Shown: positions 50,354-59,715 of the stretch, piece after piece | How positions within the stretch are numbered: position 1 is the first letter of the stretch | Layout of the letters: every line of letters starts with the position of its first letter | NCBI GenBank assembly: GCA_035714745.1 | Contig: DASTLR010000007.1 | Location: 70,205-134,204 of the forward strand | Origin: Minisyncoccota bacterium | GTDB taxonomy: Bacteria; Patescibacteriota; Minisyncoccia; Phycocordibacterales; UBA6065 | Length of the DNA: 64,000 nucleotides | Reading direction: 5' to 3' | Made by a program: the position numbers and the translations under genes | Notes under the pieces: generated by a model | What the model was told of the DNA's origin: nothing | The model's database searches: none | Seen by the model: only the letters and a program-made list of their open reading frames with translations

Positions 50354-50866
50354 TTGTCAAAAGACCGAACCCGAATCAACCATCAGATCAAGGCGCCGCA
50401 GGTGCGCGTCATCGGCCCCGAGGGCGAGAATTACGGCATCCTGACCATCAGCGAGGCCCTGCAGAAAGCCCACGACGCCGGATTGGACCTGATCGAGATC
50501 TCCCCTAACGCCGTGCCGCCCGTGGCAAAGATCACCGACTACGGCAAATTCTCCTACGAAGAGAACAAGAAGCAGAAGGCTCAGAAAGCCAAGGCCCACG
50601 TCATCGAGATCAAGACCCTCCAGGTCAAGATCGGCACCGGCGAGCACGACCTCGAGCTCAAGGCCAAGAAAGCCTCGGAATGGCTGGCCGAAGGCCACCG
50701 CATCAAGCTGGACCTCTTCCTCCCTGGCCGCTCGAAATACCTGGACCCCGCCTTCCTCGAGGAGCGCCTGAAAAGGATCCTGGCCCTGGTCACCGTGCCG
50801 CATAGACTCGCCGAAAAGCCGACGAAAAGCCCCAAGGGACTCTCTACCATCATCGAGAGGGCTTAA
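50354..50866 (+). CDS. infC: Translation initiation factor IF-3 (non-AUG start, TTG at 50354 or in-frame ATC at 50345)
   Basis: KAPQVRVIGPEGE..GI......AL..A...GLDL is typical of IF-3. There is no ATG at the N-terminus. Followed by rpmI-rplT. Confidence 0.85.
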   Translation: MSKDRTRINHQIKAPQVRVIGPEGENYGILTISEALQKAHDAGLDLIEISPNAVPPVAKITDYGKFSYEENKKQKAQKAKAHVIEIKTLQVKIGTGEHDLELKAKKASEWLAEGHRIKLDLFLPGRSKYLDPAFLEERLKRILALVTVPHRLAEKPTKSPKGLSTIIERA

Positions 50867-50951
50867 AGGCTGGACAAAACGGCATAATCTGTTAAGATAT
50901 CCGAACTAGCCTTTGGGCTCTTATTTTTTCCCTAAAACAAGGATTACCAGC

Positions 50952-51140
50952 ATGAAAACGAACAAGTCATTCGCCAAAAGGCTCAAAGTGACGAAGAACG
51001 GCAAGGTCCTTTCGCGACGCCCGGGCCAGAACCACTTCAACGCCAAGGAGTCGGGCCGCTCGCAGATCAAGAAGGGCTCCCTGACCCCTTTCCATATGAC
51101 CAACAAGGAGAAGTCCCGCTTCCTCTCCGGCCTTATCTAG
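50952..51140 (+). CDS. rpmI: 50S ribosomal protein L35
   Basis: MKTNKSFAKRLKVTKNGKVL.RR.G..HF, 62 aa. Confidence 0.85.
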   Translation: MKTNKSFAKRLKVTKNGKVLSRRPGQNHFNAKESGRSQIKKGSLTPFHMTNKEKSRFLSGLI

Positions 51141-51172
51141 CTTCCAAATTCTAGCTTCTAAATTCTAATCCC

Positions 51173-51517
51173 ATGGCACGAGTAAAAAAAGGAGTAAACG
51201 CCCTCAAGACCCGCCGAAACATATTGAAGGCCGCAAAGGGCTTCCGTTTCCGCCGATCGACTAACGAGCGCGCGGCCTACGAGGCACTGATGCACGCCGG
51301 CGCCTACGCCTTTGCCCACCGCCGCGACAAAAAGGGCGACCGCCGCAACGAGTGGATCATCAGGATCAACGCCGCTCTCGACGCAAAGGGCCTCTCCTAC
51401 TCCAAGTTCATGGGCCAGGTAAAGAAGATGGGCATCCAGGTAGACCGCAAGATCATGGCCGACCTCGCCCATAACAACCCCGAGACCTTCGACAGGCTCG
51501 TCGCGCAGGTCAAATAA
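51173..51517 (+). CDS. rplT: 50S ribosomal protein L20
   Basis: MARVKKGVNALKTRRNILKAAKGFRF... Confidence 0.9.
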   Translation: MARVKKGVNALKTRRNILKAAKGFRFRRSTNERAAYEALMHAGAYAFAHRRDKKGDRRNEWIIRINAALDAKGLSYSKFMGQVKKMGIQVDRKIMADLAHNNPETFDRLVAQVK

Positions 51518-51524
51518 ACAAAAA

Positions 51525-51555
51525 AACCGCCGAGTCGCAAGACAGGGCGGTTTTC
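51525..51555 (+). terminator. Terminator after rplT (two-part stem ACCGCC..GTC-gcaa-GAC..GGCGGT followed by TTTTCGTTT)
   Basis: Bipartite hairpin followed by a T-run. Confidence 0.5.
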
Positions 51556-51572
51556 GTTTACCAGTGTGCTTT

Positions 51573-52073
51573 CTAAAGAGCCGTGGCGGCTTCTTCGCAC
51601 ATGACTTGCAGGCTCTTCTTTGCCGGCGGACGGATGATCGTCGTCAGGAAATTCTGATGACCTGGATAGTTTGGCTCCATCCTTTTTTGCCAGACAATAT
51701 ATCGAATCTCCATCCTCAAACCCTTGAATGGCCGGAGCCGTTCAAGCGCGAGGACAGGTAGCATGCTTCCGGCAAGCGGGAACATCTTTACCAGTCCCAC
51801 ATCGCGCCTACCCGAATCATTCGCGACAAGCACCCAATAGTTTACCGTATGCCCTTCAGCAGGCTGCCGCAGGAGAGCCATCGTCGCTTGCTTGACCTCG
51901 ATGGTATCGCCGCACAGATACCAACATGGCTTGGTTCCCCATAGCCAAGGAAATTCGCGCAGAAGCTTCTGTATATGGTTTCGATCTTTCAAGCTAACCT
52001 TTCTGAAGCATCCGCTCCTTTGAGCCCATCCGGGCAACTGAATGGTTCGAGCCAAATGCTCGTGTATCCACAT
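51573..52073 (-). CDS. Hypothetical protein, possibly a GNAT-fold acetyltransferase; lower-GC gene
   Basis: 166 aa. YWVLVANDSGRRDVGLVKMFPLAG loosely fits the GNAT beta4-motif A (RxxGxG/A/V). GC near 50% versus about 62% for neighbours. Confidence 0.4.
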   Translation of the reverse strand: MWIHEHLARTIQLPGWAQRSGCFRKVSLKDRNHIQKLLREFPWLWGTKPCWYLCGDTIEVKQATMALLRQPAEGHTVNYWVLVANDSGRRDVGLVKMFPLAGSMLPVLALERLRPFKGLRMEIRYIVWQKRMEPNYPGHQNFLTTIIRPPAKKSLQVMCEEAATAL

Positions 52074-52101
52074 ATCATGATACTACATATATGTGTTATA
52101 G

Positions 52102-53106
52102 TCAAATCTGTCTGTAAATCCCTGATTTTATTCTTTCTTTGAATGCGGGCATATTCTCAGAAAGATAGCGGATGCTTCGGTTCTCGAGAAAATGGTCGGT
52201 GCGAGCGCTGTGCTTCAGGTAATGCTCCTTCTCGACCCAGAGGCTATGGATGAGACGCTGGTAATAGAAGTCGAGACCGGCCATGAGCTCAGCCTCGCCG
52301 ATAGGGTTCTCCCGATGATAGGCCTTCAGGAATAGGACTGCATCGCCCACCCGCTTGTCCGAGAAATCTCCGTTAATGAACATATAATCGACCGACCTCC
52401 AGAGCTCGAAGCTTCGGTATCCCGTGACGGCCTTCTCGAAGTCAAAAATCCATTTCACCTGTCCCGCTTCGTCAAAGAAGATGTTCTGTTCGTGCAGGTC
52501 GCCCTGGAGTAGGATTGGCTTGCCGATAGCAGGACCGATGACCGGCTGAGAGTCTCTCTCGACGAGCTGGATCTTGAGGAGCAGGCTCTCAAGAGCAAGC
52601 TCATCAAAGGGGCTCTTGCGCTCGATAGTTCTAATGATGCCGATGATCTGGCGGGCTTCCGTCAAGAAAGCGTCGGCTATGCGATCGGCCATGCTCTCCT
52701 TGGTGGTGAAATCGCACTCTGCTCCCGCCCGGTGGAGCCTGGCCGCGAACGCCCCCAGAGTCTCGATGACCTGCGGCGGCATCGTCCCTCGGTCGTAGTG
52801 CCTGCCCATGACGAAGGGAAAAAGGGCGAAATGCCTCGTTCCGAGCGAAAAATAGGTCGAGCCGGTCCTTGTCCGTATCGGCAGGATGACCGGAATGCCT
52901 TTCGAGGAAAAATACCGTTTAACCCTGTGGATCTCTTCTATCTTCTCCTTGTCCTCGAAGCGGTAGCGTTTCAAGAAAAAGTCGCCCTCATCTGTCCGGA
53001 CCTTGTAATTCTCGCTCAAGAATCCCGCTTCTATGCGAGATAGGGTCAGGCCGCGCTTGAGCCCATACTTCAAGGCAAGGCTTTCTTCGATCTCTTCCAT
53101 AGGCAT
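52102..53106 (-). CDS. APH/ChoK/CotS-family phosphotransferase (aminoglycoside-phosphotransferase-like kinase fold); lower-GC gene
   Basis: Catalytic loop LLQGDLHEQNIFF (Brenner motif HxDxxxxN). IFDFE, a DFG-like motif. 334 aa. Confidence 0.6.
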   Translation of the reverse strand: MPMEEIEESLALKYGLKRGLTLSRIEAGFLSENYKVRTDEGDFFLKRYRFEDKEKIEEIHRVKRYFSSKGIPVILPIRTRTGSTYFSLGTRHFALFPFVMGRHYDRGTMPPQVIETLGAFAARLHRAGAECDFTTKESMADRIADAFLTEARQIIGIIRTIERKSPFDELALESLLLKIQLVERDSQPVIGPAIGKPILLQGDLHEQNIFFDEAGQVKWIFDFEKAVTGYRSFELWRSVDYMFINGDFSDKRVGDAVLFLKAYHRENPIGEAELMAGLDFYYQRLIHSLWVEKEHYLKHSARTDHFLENRSIRYLSENMPAFKERIKSGIYRQI

Positions 53107-54489
53107 CTACAGAGGATACTCTTTATTCTTCTCCGCCACCATGGCGTCGACATCGAGCTCGTCGCGCAGGCGCTGGGCCAGGAAGGCGGAAGACTTGTTC
53201 TCCCCCATGGCCACCCAGACGGCTTGCAGTCGGCCCGCGCGGACGGCATGCTCGACGAATTCGACCAGGTGGTCGGAATCCTTGTGCGAGGAATAGCCGC
53301 TGATCTTCTCGATGCGGGCCCGCACGGCGATGGTCTCTCCGGCGATAGTCACCTTAGCGGCCTTCTCTTCGATCCTGCGGCCCAGGGAGCCCGGCACCTG
53401 GTAGCCGACCAGGAGGATGGTGGCGTTCGGGTCTTGCAGATAGAATGCCTCGTGCGAGAGCACGCGCCCGCCGACCGACATGCCCGAGCCGGCGATGACG
53501 ATCTTTGGCCCTTTGTCGGCATGGATGGCTTCCGACCCGCTGTGGTCGGCGACGACGCGCAGGCCCGGGAAGTCGAAAATGTCGTCTCCCCCGGCGGTCG
53601 CGGCCTTGATCCGCTCGTTGAAGTCTCGGATGTGGCTCCTATAGACGCCGGTGATCTTTATAGCTAGGGGCGAATCCAGATAGATGGGCACGCGCGGCAG
53701 CTGGTTGGCTTCGACCAGGTTATTGATCTCGTAGAGGATGACCTGGGTGCGCTCCAGGGAGAAGGCCGGGATGACCACGGTGCCGCCGCGGCGCATTGCG
53801 TCGCCGAGGATCTGGCGCAGCCGCTGGTCGCGCACGTCCTTTGGCTCGTGGTTCCTGTCGCCGTAGACCGATTCCATGACCATATAGTCGGCGCCCTCGA
53901 CGTATTCGGTGTCGGGCAGGAGAGGCGTCGGCGAATTGCCCAGGTCGCCGGTAAAGGCGATGGTACGGCCCTTGCCGCCGTTCGCTCCGTGCAGGGCGAA
54001 TTCCAGGATGGCCGACCCCAGGACGTGGCCGGCATCCTTTGCGTAGACCGAGACGTCCTTCGAGAGCTCGAACGGCGTCCGGTATTCGATGGCCTTCCAG
54101 AGCGAGAGGGCTCGGACCACGTCCTCCCTAACATAGAGCGGATCCTTGCCGCTCTCGCGAGCCTCGCGCTCGAGCAGTCCCAAGGCGTCGTCGAACATCA
54201 GCGCGGCCAGCTCGCGCGTGGCGGGCGTCGAATAGATCGGCCCGGCGAAGCCTTCTTTGACCAGCTTCGGCACGCGGCCGATATGGTCCATATGCGCGTG
54301 GGTTATGAAGAGCGCGGCGATCTCTGACGGCTTGTAGGGAAAGGCTTCGCGATTCTCCTCGACTGCGAAATGCGACCCCTGGACCAGGCCGCAATCTACC
54401 AGGATGGACATGTCAGGGGTCCTTAGGAGGAAGTTCGCTCCCGTCGCGTTCCCTACCCCTCCGGCGGCTGTGAGCGTATATCCTTTCAT
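53107..54489 (-). CDS. Beta-CASP family metallo-beta-lactamase RNase (RNase J/CPSF-like, short form)
   Basis: HxHxDH motif ITHAHMDHIG. Beta-CASP motif C-like YSSHKD. 460 aa with native GC. Confidence 0.65.
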   Translation of the reverse strand: MKGYTLTAAGGVGNATGANFLLRTPDMSILVDCGLVQGSHFAVEENREAFPYKPSEIAALFITHAHMDHIGRVPKLVKEGFAGPIYSTPATRELAALMFDDALGLLEREARESGKDPLYVREDVVRALSLWKAIEYRTPFELSKDVSVYAKDAGHVLGSAILEFALHGANGGKGRTIAFTGDLGNSPTPLLPDTEYVEGADYMVMESVYGDRNHEPKDVRDQRLRQILGDAMRRGGTVVIPAFSLERTQVILYEINNLVEANQLPRVPIYLDSPLAIKITGVYRSHIRDFNERIKAATAGGDDIFDFPGLRVVADHSGSEAIHADKGPKIVIAGSGMSVGGRVLSHEAFYLQDPNATILLVGYQVPGSLGRRIEEKAAKVTIAGETIAVRARIEKISGYSSHKDSDHLVEFVEHAVRAGRLQAVWVAMGENKSSAFLAQRLRDELDVDAMVAEKNKEYPL

Positions 54490-54878
54490 CGCTTCTGCGC
54501 GGTCAGGCGAGCGATCCAGACGACCGCCGCGCCGCCAATGACGTCCATGATCAGGTCGTGCGCCGTATCCCAGGCATAGCCCTGGTCAGAGAGCGAATTC
54601 AGATGGAAGGCCACTTCGAATACCTCCCAGGCGATGCCGACGGCGAATACATAGAGGATGAGGTTGCGCGGCTGCCGCAGCCAGGCCAGACGCGGCGTGT
54701 CCAGGAAGTCGAGCTTCCAGAGCAGCAAGGCCGCTATGGTCGCCCCGCCCAGGAAATGCATCGGCCAGTCGTACCAGACGGTCGTATAATAATAATCTTT
54801 CAGATTCCCCAGCCAATTGAGAGCCGCCACCAGAGCGGCGAGCGCAAATGCGGGCAGAAGATAGCGATTCCAGAACAT
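54486..54878 (-). CDS. Small 4-TM membrane protein, VanZ-like
   Basis: WEVFE..DTAHDLIMDVIGGAAV resembles the VanZ acidic motif. Start taken at MFWNRY; the tool ORF extends to 55025. Confidence 0.4.
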   Translation of the reverse strand: MFWNRYLLPAFALAALVAALNWLGNLKDYYYTTVWYDWPMHFLGGATIAALLLWKLDFLDTPRLAWLRQPRNLILYVFAVGIAWEVFEVAFHLNSLSDQGYAWDTAHDLIMDVIGGAAVVWIARLTAQKR

Positions 54879-55193
54879 TATGGTGAGTATATCACGACGA
54901 CTTTGGGGCGAGCCAAAGGCCGAGGCGCGGGAACTGAAAAAACCGGCTCGCGCCGGCGTTCTCAGGGGGTCATTCGGAAGATTGTCCCTAGTATGAACTA
55001 GGTGGGAAGCGTAACGTCTGGCCAAGGCCGAGACTTAATGCGCCATTTCCCGAACAAAATGTTATAGAGTTAATCTTTCGAATAACCCATAGTCATTATA
55101 TTCTCATCGCCAAGAGGCACAAGAGTGGATAACCCCTGCGAGACGAAATTTCGGAGCGGTAAAGAGGTACGCGCGCAGGCAAGAGATGGTTGC

Positions 55194-55221
55194 TTGACAA
55201 AATTTAGAATATATTTAATAT
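55194..55221 (+). promoter_or_regulatory. Promoter TTGACA-N16-TAATAT upstream of the small secreted protein gene
   Basis: TTGACA at 55194-55199 and TAATAT at 55216-55221. A ~45-nt leader contains a CGAACC..GGTTCG hairpin. Confidence 0.5.
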
Positions 55222-55269
55222 CAGGAATAGACGAACCTTGATCCCCCTCGGTTCGAAAACACAACCACA

Positions 55270-55785
55270 ATGAAGACCATCGCCAAAATGCTCTTCGGGC
55301 TGTCCGCAGCCCTGTTCCTCGCCTTGTTTTCCTCGACCGCGTCGGCCCAGACCACCAGCGCCCGCTTGGTGAACATCGCCACCCGCGGCCCGATCGCCGC
55401 GAACGACCCCATGATCGCCGGCTTCGTGACCGGACCCGGCACCAGCCAAAAGCGCGTGCTCATCCGCGTCGTCGGCCCGAGCCTGGCGGCTGCCCCGTTC
55501 AATATCTCCGGCGCCATCAAGGCGCCAAAGCTCGAGCTGATGGCCGGCCCGAACGTCTTGCGGACGAACACCGGCTGGGAATCGAGCGGCGACGGCCCGC
55601 TCAACGCGAAAGCCGCTGCGGCATGCGGCGCCTTCCCCTTGCAGGCGGGAAGCGCCGACTGCGTGCTGACGGTGTCGCTCTTTCCGAACTCGGCCTACAC
55701 GGTCGTCGCTTCGGGATTGAACGGCTCCACCGGCACGGCGCTCATCGAGGTCTACGAGGTGCCCGACAGCTTCGTGGCACCCTAA
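55270..55785 (+). CDS. Small secreted protein (171 aa) with a Sec signal peptide
   Basis: MKTIAKMLFGLSAALFLALFSSTASAQT. Followed by a strong terminator. Confidence 0.6.
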   Translation: MKTIAKMLFGLSAALFLALFSSTASAQTTSARLVNIATRGPIAANDPMIAGFVTGPGTSQKRVLIRVVGPSLAAAPFNISGAIKAPKLELMAGPNVLRTNTGWESSGDGPLNAKAAAACGAFPLQAGSADCVLTVSLFPNSAYTVVASGLNGSTGTALIEVYEVPDSFVAP

Positions 55786-55805
55786 CGCCTCGCTTGAAAG
55801 GCGCA

Positions 55806-55831
55806 AACCCGCTCGTGAGAGCGGGTTTTTT
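55806..55831. terminator. Bidirectional intrinsic terminator AACCCGCTC-gtga-GAGCGGGTT with T-runs on both strands (serves the + gene and ndk)
   Basis: 9-bp stem. T6 on the + strand and an A/T run on the minus strand. Confidence 0.75.
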
Positions 55832-56438
55832 ATTCCAAGATGCCATCCAGATCGACATCGTAGAGGATCTTTTCCTGGACATGCCTGTAGCTGACGATCT
55901 CTGCCGGCTTGAACCAGTGGGCGATCTCCGCCTCCGCCTCGGCCGCATTGCCCGAGGCATGTATCAGATTCCTGACCGACCGGCCGTCCCTGTCGCTCAT
56001 CTCGTATGAATCCAGGACGAAGTCTCCGCGGATGGTGCCCACGTCCGAGCTCTTTGGCTCGGTGCTGCCGACCAGCTTGCGCACGGTGGCCGCCGCATGG
56101 GCTCCCTCGATGACCATGGCCACTACTGGGCCCGAGGTCAGGTAATTCCTCAGCTTTCGCAGGACTTCCTCGGCCACGACCATCGGGTCGTCGCTGAGGG
56201 GATGCTTCTTGCCCTGGTCGGCATAGGCCTTGATCGATTTCTCGCCGACGCTCTTCATCCAACCGGCATCCAGGGTGTAATGCTTTCGCACGAAGGCCTC
56301 GGTCGGCACGAGCATCTTGAGTGCCACGATCTTCAGACCGACCCGCTCGAAGCGGCGGATGATCTCGCCCACCAGGCTCCTCTGGACCCCGTCCGGCTTG
56401 ATGACCACCAGCGTCCTCTCATTCTTTGGATGTTTCAT
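55830..56438 (-). CDS. ndk: Nucleoside diphosphate kinase (long form)
   Basis: LVVIKPDGV. The active-site His lies in a NLIHASG (consensus NxxHGSD) motif. 202 aa with an internal insertion relative to canonical NDK. Confidence 0.8.
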   Translation of the reverse strand: MKHPKNERTLVVIKPDGVQRSLVGEIIRRFERVGLKIVALKMLVPTEAFVRKHYTLDAGWMKSVGEKSIKAYADQGKKHPLSDDPMVVAEEVLRKLRNYLTSGPVVAMVIEGAHAAATVRKLVGSTEPKSSDVGTIRGDFVLDSYEMSDRDGRSVRNLIHASGNAAEAEAEIAHWFKPAEIVSYRHVQEKILYDVDLDGILE

Positions 56439-56449
56439 ATATATTCTGG

Positions 56450-57220
56450 CTATCTCGTAAGAACTTCGCAGCCTTTCTCAGTGATGGCTACCGTCACCTC
56501 GAAATGGGCGCTCCGGCGCCTGTCCTTAGTCCGGTAGGTATAGCCGTCCTTGTCCAGGAATATCTTCTCCGTGCCCTCGTTGATGATCGGCTCGATGGCG
56601 ATGACCATGCCGGGGACCAGCTCTTCGCCCTCGCCCGCCACGCCGTAGTTCGGCACGTACGGGTCCTCGTGGACGCTATGGCCCACGCCGTGCCCGGCCA
56701 GCTCCTCGACGATGCCATAGCCCAGCGGGGCGATATATGACTCCACCGCCTCGCCGATATGGCCGACGGTGTTCCCTGGCTTGGCGGCCTTGATAGCCCT
56801 GTCGAGGGCCGTTTTCGTGGCTTTGAGGAGGCTTTGAGCCTCTGCGTCGACCTTGCCCACCGGTACGGTCACAGCCGCGTCAGTGATAAGACCCTCATGG
56901 ACAAGGCCCAGATCGAGCGAGACGATGTCTCCCTCCTGGAGAATATAAGGCTCTTCGTTCGGAATGCCATGGACGACGGCGTCGTTGACCGAAACGCAGA
57001 TGCTCGCCGGAAAGGGCCGTTTGGCCCCGTACGGCTTGTAGTCCAAAAAGGCGGCCCGATCCCCGCCCTCGGCGATGAGCCGGGCGGCCAGGTCGTCCAG
57101 GTCCTTGGTCGAGACGCCTGGGGCCACGGCAGCCGCCACCCTCTTGAGTATGCGCGCGTGCCTCCTCCCCCCTTCGCGGAGGGTCTCGATCTCGGCCGCA
57201 GTCTTGAGCTTGATCGCCAT
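56450..57220 (-). CDS. map: Methionine aminopeptidase, type I
   Basis: Metal-ligand motifs (D..D..H..E..E pattern: SICVSVNDAVVHGIP, HGVGHSVHE). 256 aa. Confidence 0.85.
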   Translation of the reverse strand: MAIKLKTAAEIETLREGGRRHARILKRVAAAVAPGVSTKDLDDLAARLIAEGGDRAAFLDYKPYGAKRPFPASICVSVNDAVVHGIPNEEPYILQEGDIVSLDLGLVHEGLITDAAVTVPVGKVDAEAQSLLKATKTALDRAIKAAKPGNTVGHIGEAVESYIAPLGYGIVEELAGHGVGHSVHEDPYVPNYGVAGEGEELVPGMVIAIEPIINEGTEKIFLDKDGYTYRTKDRRRSAHFEVTVAITEKGCEVLTR

Positions 57221-57237
57221 GCCTACAGAGTACTCTT

Positions 57238-57846
57238 TTATAGCCTGCCGTCTATGCCGATAGCCCGAAGCACGTCCTCGTGGACCTTTTCGATGGTCTG
57301 GTTGCCATCAACGGTCACGAACTTCACGTTCGGGCTCTTCTTGAAGTAATTGACGACCGGCACCGCCCGATTCTCGTATTCGCGCAGGCGCTCGGCGATC
57401 TTTTCCTCCTTGTCGTCGAAGCGACCGCGCTTCAGCAGGCGTTTGGTCACTTCTTCGTGGTGCGTGTCGAGGAGGATGATGACGGGCTTCCCTCGATCCA
57501 GGAATTGGAGAGCCTCGTCCAGGATCGGCGCTTCCTCCGGCTGGCGACAGACGCCGTCGCAGACGATATGCTCGCGCCCCGTCTTCAATTCATCGACCAG
57601 CAGGCTGGTCCACGTCCAGATCGGCATGAAGGTCGGCATGAACTTCCCGGCACTCATGGTCTCGAGGGTCTTCTTGGCGATGAACGACTGGCTCGTCTGG
57701 GTCAGGTTCCTGAACTTCTGGCCCGTCTCGACGTAGACGACCTTGTTGACCGCGTCCTCGCGCTCGAAGGTCTTTAAAAGCAGCGCCGCCTGCGTGCCCT
57801 TGCCCGATCCCGACTTGCCGAAAAACAGAACGGTGGTTGGTTTCAT
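57238..57846 (-). CDS. adk: Adenylate kinase
   Basis: P-loop FFGKSGSGKGTQA. In the conserved secY-adk-map position. Confidence 0.8.
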   Translation of the reverse strand: MKPTTVLFFGKSGSGKGTQAALLLKTFEREDAVNKVVYVETGQKFRNLTQTSQSFIAKKTLETMSAGKFMPTFMPIWTWTSLLVDELKTGREHIVCDGVCRQPEEAPILDEALQFLDRGKPVIILLDTHHEEVTKRLLKRGRFDDKEEKIAERLREYENRAVPVVNYFKKSPNVKFVTVDGNQTIEKVHEDVLRAIGIDGRL

Positions 57847-57883
57847 GGCACTAGTGTAGCGCATCTCTCCTCAAAACGAAAAA

Positions 57884-57897
57884 CCGCCCTTCGGCGG
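57884..57897 (-). terminator. Hairpin CCGCC-gaag-GGCGG followed by T5 on the minus strand between secY and adk (possible attenuator)
   Basis: Short GC stem followed by TTTTTCGTTTT on the minus strand. Confidence 0.4.
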
Positions 57898-57960
57898 CTC
57901 TTTCTTCTCTTCTCTGGCGTTCTTCGTGTTCTGAGTGTTCTCTGTGCTCCCCGTCTCCTC

Positions 57961-59232
57961 CTAGTACTCCCTCATGCTGACCTGCGCGTCGAGCTTCTTG
58001 GCCACGTCGAGCACTACCGAGACGACGATAAGGAGAGCGGTGCCGCCGATAGCGAGCGAGGTGATGCCGGTGAACGAGCGGAAGACTAGCGGCAGGACGG
58101 CGATGATGCCCAGGAAGAGCGCGCCGACCAGGGTGATCCTGGTGACGATCTTCGACAGGTACTCGGCCGTCGACTGGCCCGGTCGGACGCCAGGGATGAA
58201 GGCTCCGGACTTCTGGAGGTTCTCCGAGATCTGCAGAGGGTCAAAGGTCACCGCGGTGTAGAAATAGGTGAAGACGAAGACCAGGAGGAAATATACCGAG
58301 TCATAGAGCCATGGGGTGTTGATGAGCGCCAGGCCGACCGACGAGATGCTATGAAGGGTGGCGTTCGCCGACGCAGCGAAGAAGTTGAAGAGCATCTGCG
58401 GGAAGAGCAGGATCGACAGGGCGAAGATGATCGGGATGACGCCGGCCTGGTTCAGGCGGAGCGGCAGGTACGTCGAGACGCCGCCATAGACCTTCATGCC
58501 GCGGACCTGCTTGGCATAGGTGACCGGGATAGGCCTCTCGGCCTCGGTGACCACGACCACGGCGTAGACGATGGCCAGGCCTAGGGCCAGGATAGCGATA
58601 TAGACCGGCAGCTGGGATGGGTCATAGGCGGCCAGGGCGCCCGAGATGCCCTGAGGCATCCTGGCCACGATGCCGGCAAAGATGATGAGCGACGTGCCGT
58701 TGCCCAAGCCGAACTCGGAGATCAGCTCGCCGAGCCACATGAGGAGCATAGAGCCCGCGGCGATAGTAAAGACGTTCAGGATGAGCGAGAAGGCGGTCAG
58801 GTCGGCGATGATGCCCTGCTTCTGGAAGATGACGATGAAGGAGAACGCCTGCAGGAGGGCCAGCGGCAGAGCCAGGCGGCGCGAATACTGGGCGAACTTG
58901 GCGCGGCCAGCCTCGCCTTCCTCCTGATACATAGCCTTGAGTCTCGGTATCATGATGGTGAGGAGCTGCATGATGATCGAGGCGGTGATGTACGGCCCGA
59001 CGCCGAGCATGACGATCGAGAGATTGGAAAGGCCGCCTCCCGAGAAGATGTTCAAAAGGCCGAGGAACTGGCTATTGGCGAAGAGGGCCGCGAGCTTGGC
59101 CGTATCGATGCCCGGGATCGGAATGGCGGTGAGGAGGCGGAAGAGCACCAGGGCGATGACGACGAAGAGGATCCGCTTGCGCAAACCCTTGTCTCGGAAT
59201 ACGTGGGAGAGTTTTTGGAAAAAGATATTCAT
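57961..59232 (-). CDS. secY: Preprotein translocase subunit SecY
   Basis: 423 aa with 10 TM helices. Conserved position after rplO. Confidence 0.9.
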   Translation of the reverse strand: MNIFFQKLSHVFRDKGLRKRILFVVIALVLFRLLTAIPIPGIDTAKLAALFANSQFLGLLNIFSGGGLSNLSIVMLGVGPYITASIIMQLLTIMIPRLKAMYQEEGEAGRAKFAQYSRRLALPLALLQAFSFIVIFQKQGIIADLTAFSLILNVFTIAAGSMLLMWLGELISEFGLGNGTSLIIFAGIVARMPQGISGALAAYDPSQLPVYIAILALGLAIVYAVVVVTEAERPIPVTYAKQVRGMKVYGGVSTYLPLRLNQAGVIPIIFALSILLFPQMLFNFFAASANATLHSISSVGLALINTPWLYDSVYFLLVFVFTYFYTAVTFDPLQISENLQKSGAFIPGVRPGQSTAEYLSKIVTRITLVGALFLGIIAVLPLVFRSFTGITSLAIGGTALLIVVSVVLDVAKKLDAQVSMREY

Positions 59233-59257
59233 GATGCGTGAGCCTCGCGGCTATGGC

Positions 59258-59704
59258 CTAAGCATGGACCTTGCCGCCCGCTTTTTCAAGCGCCGCCTTG
59301 GCCGAGGCAGAGACCTCGACGCCCGAAACGGTAAAGGCCTTGGTGACCTCGCCGTCGCCGAGGATCTTGATCCTTGGGTAGTTGCCGTCGATCTTTTCGA
59401 CGATGCCCTGCTCTACCAGGGTGGCCGGCTCGATCCTGTCGCCTGACTTGAAGCCCTTCTCTAGGGCCGAGAGCGGCACAGGGACAGCCGCCTTGGCGAT
59501 GGATTTGAGACCGCCCTTCTTGCCTTCTCCGCGGAGCTTCGGAATGCGCTTGATGAAGTCTCGGAGCTCTGGGCGCTTCTTGTTGCCGGAGCGGGAGAGC
59601 TGGCCTTTGGTGCCTCGTCCCGAGGTCTTGCCGCGCTTCCCTCCTCGGCCTACGAGAGGCTTTGGTTCGTTCGGTGTCTTTCGGATGAGGTTATGGATTT
59701 GCAT
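59258..59704 (-). CDS. rplO: 50S ribosomal protein L15
   Basis: Gly/Lys/Arg-rich N-terminus and KILGDGEV. Immediately follows rpsE with no L30 gene in between. Confidence 0.85.
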   Translation of the reverse strand: MQIHNLIRKTPNEPKPLVGRGGKRGKTSGRGTKGQLSRSGNKKRPELRDFIKRIPKLRGEGKKGGLKSIAKAAVPVPLSALEKGFKSGDRIEPATLVEQGIVEKIDGNYPRIKILGDGEVTKAFTVSGVEVSASAKAALEKAGGKVHA

Positions 59705-59715
59705 GGTGGCGTTGG

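Noticed and set aside
55204-56262. 352-aa minus-strand ORF overlapping ndk and the small secreted protein gene
   Set aside because: Arg/Gly-rich and out of frame with ndk. Spans a predicted terminator.
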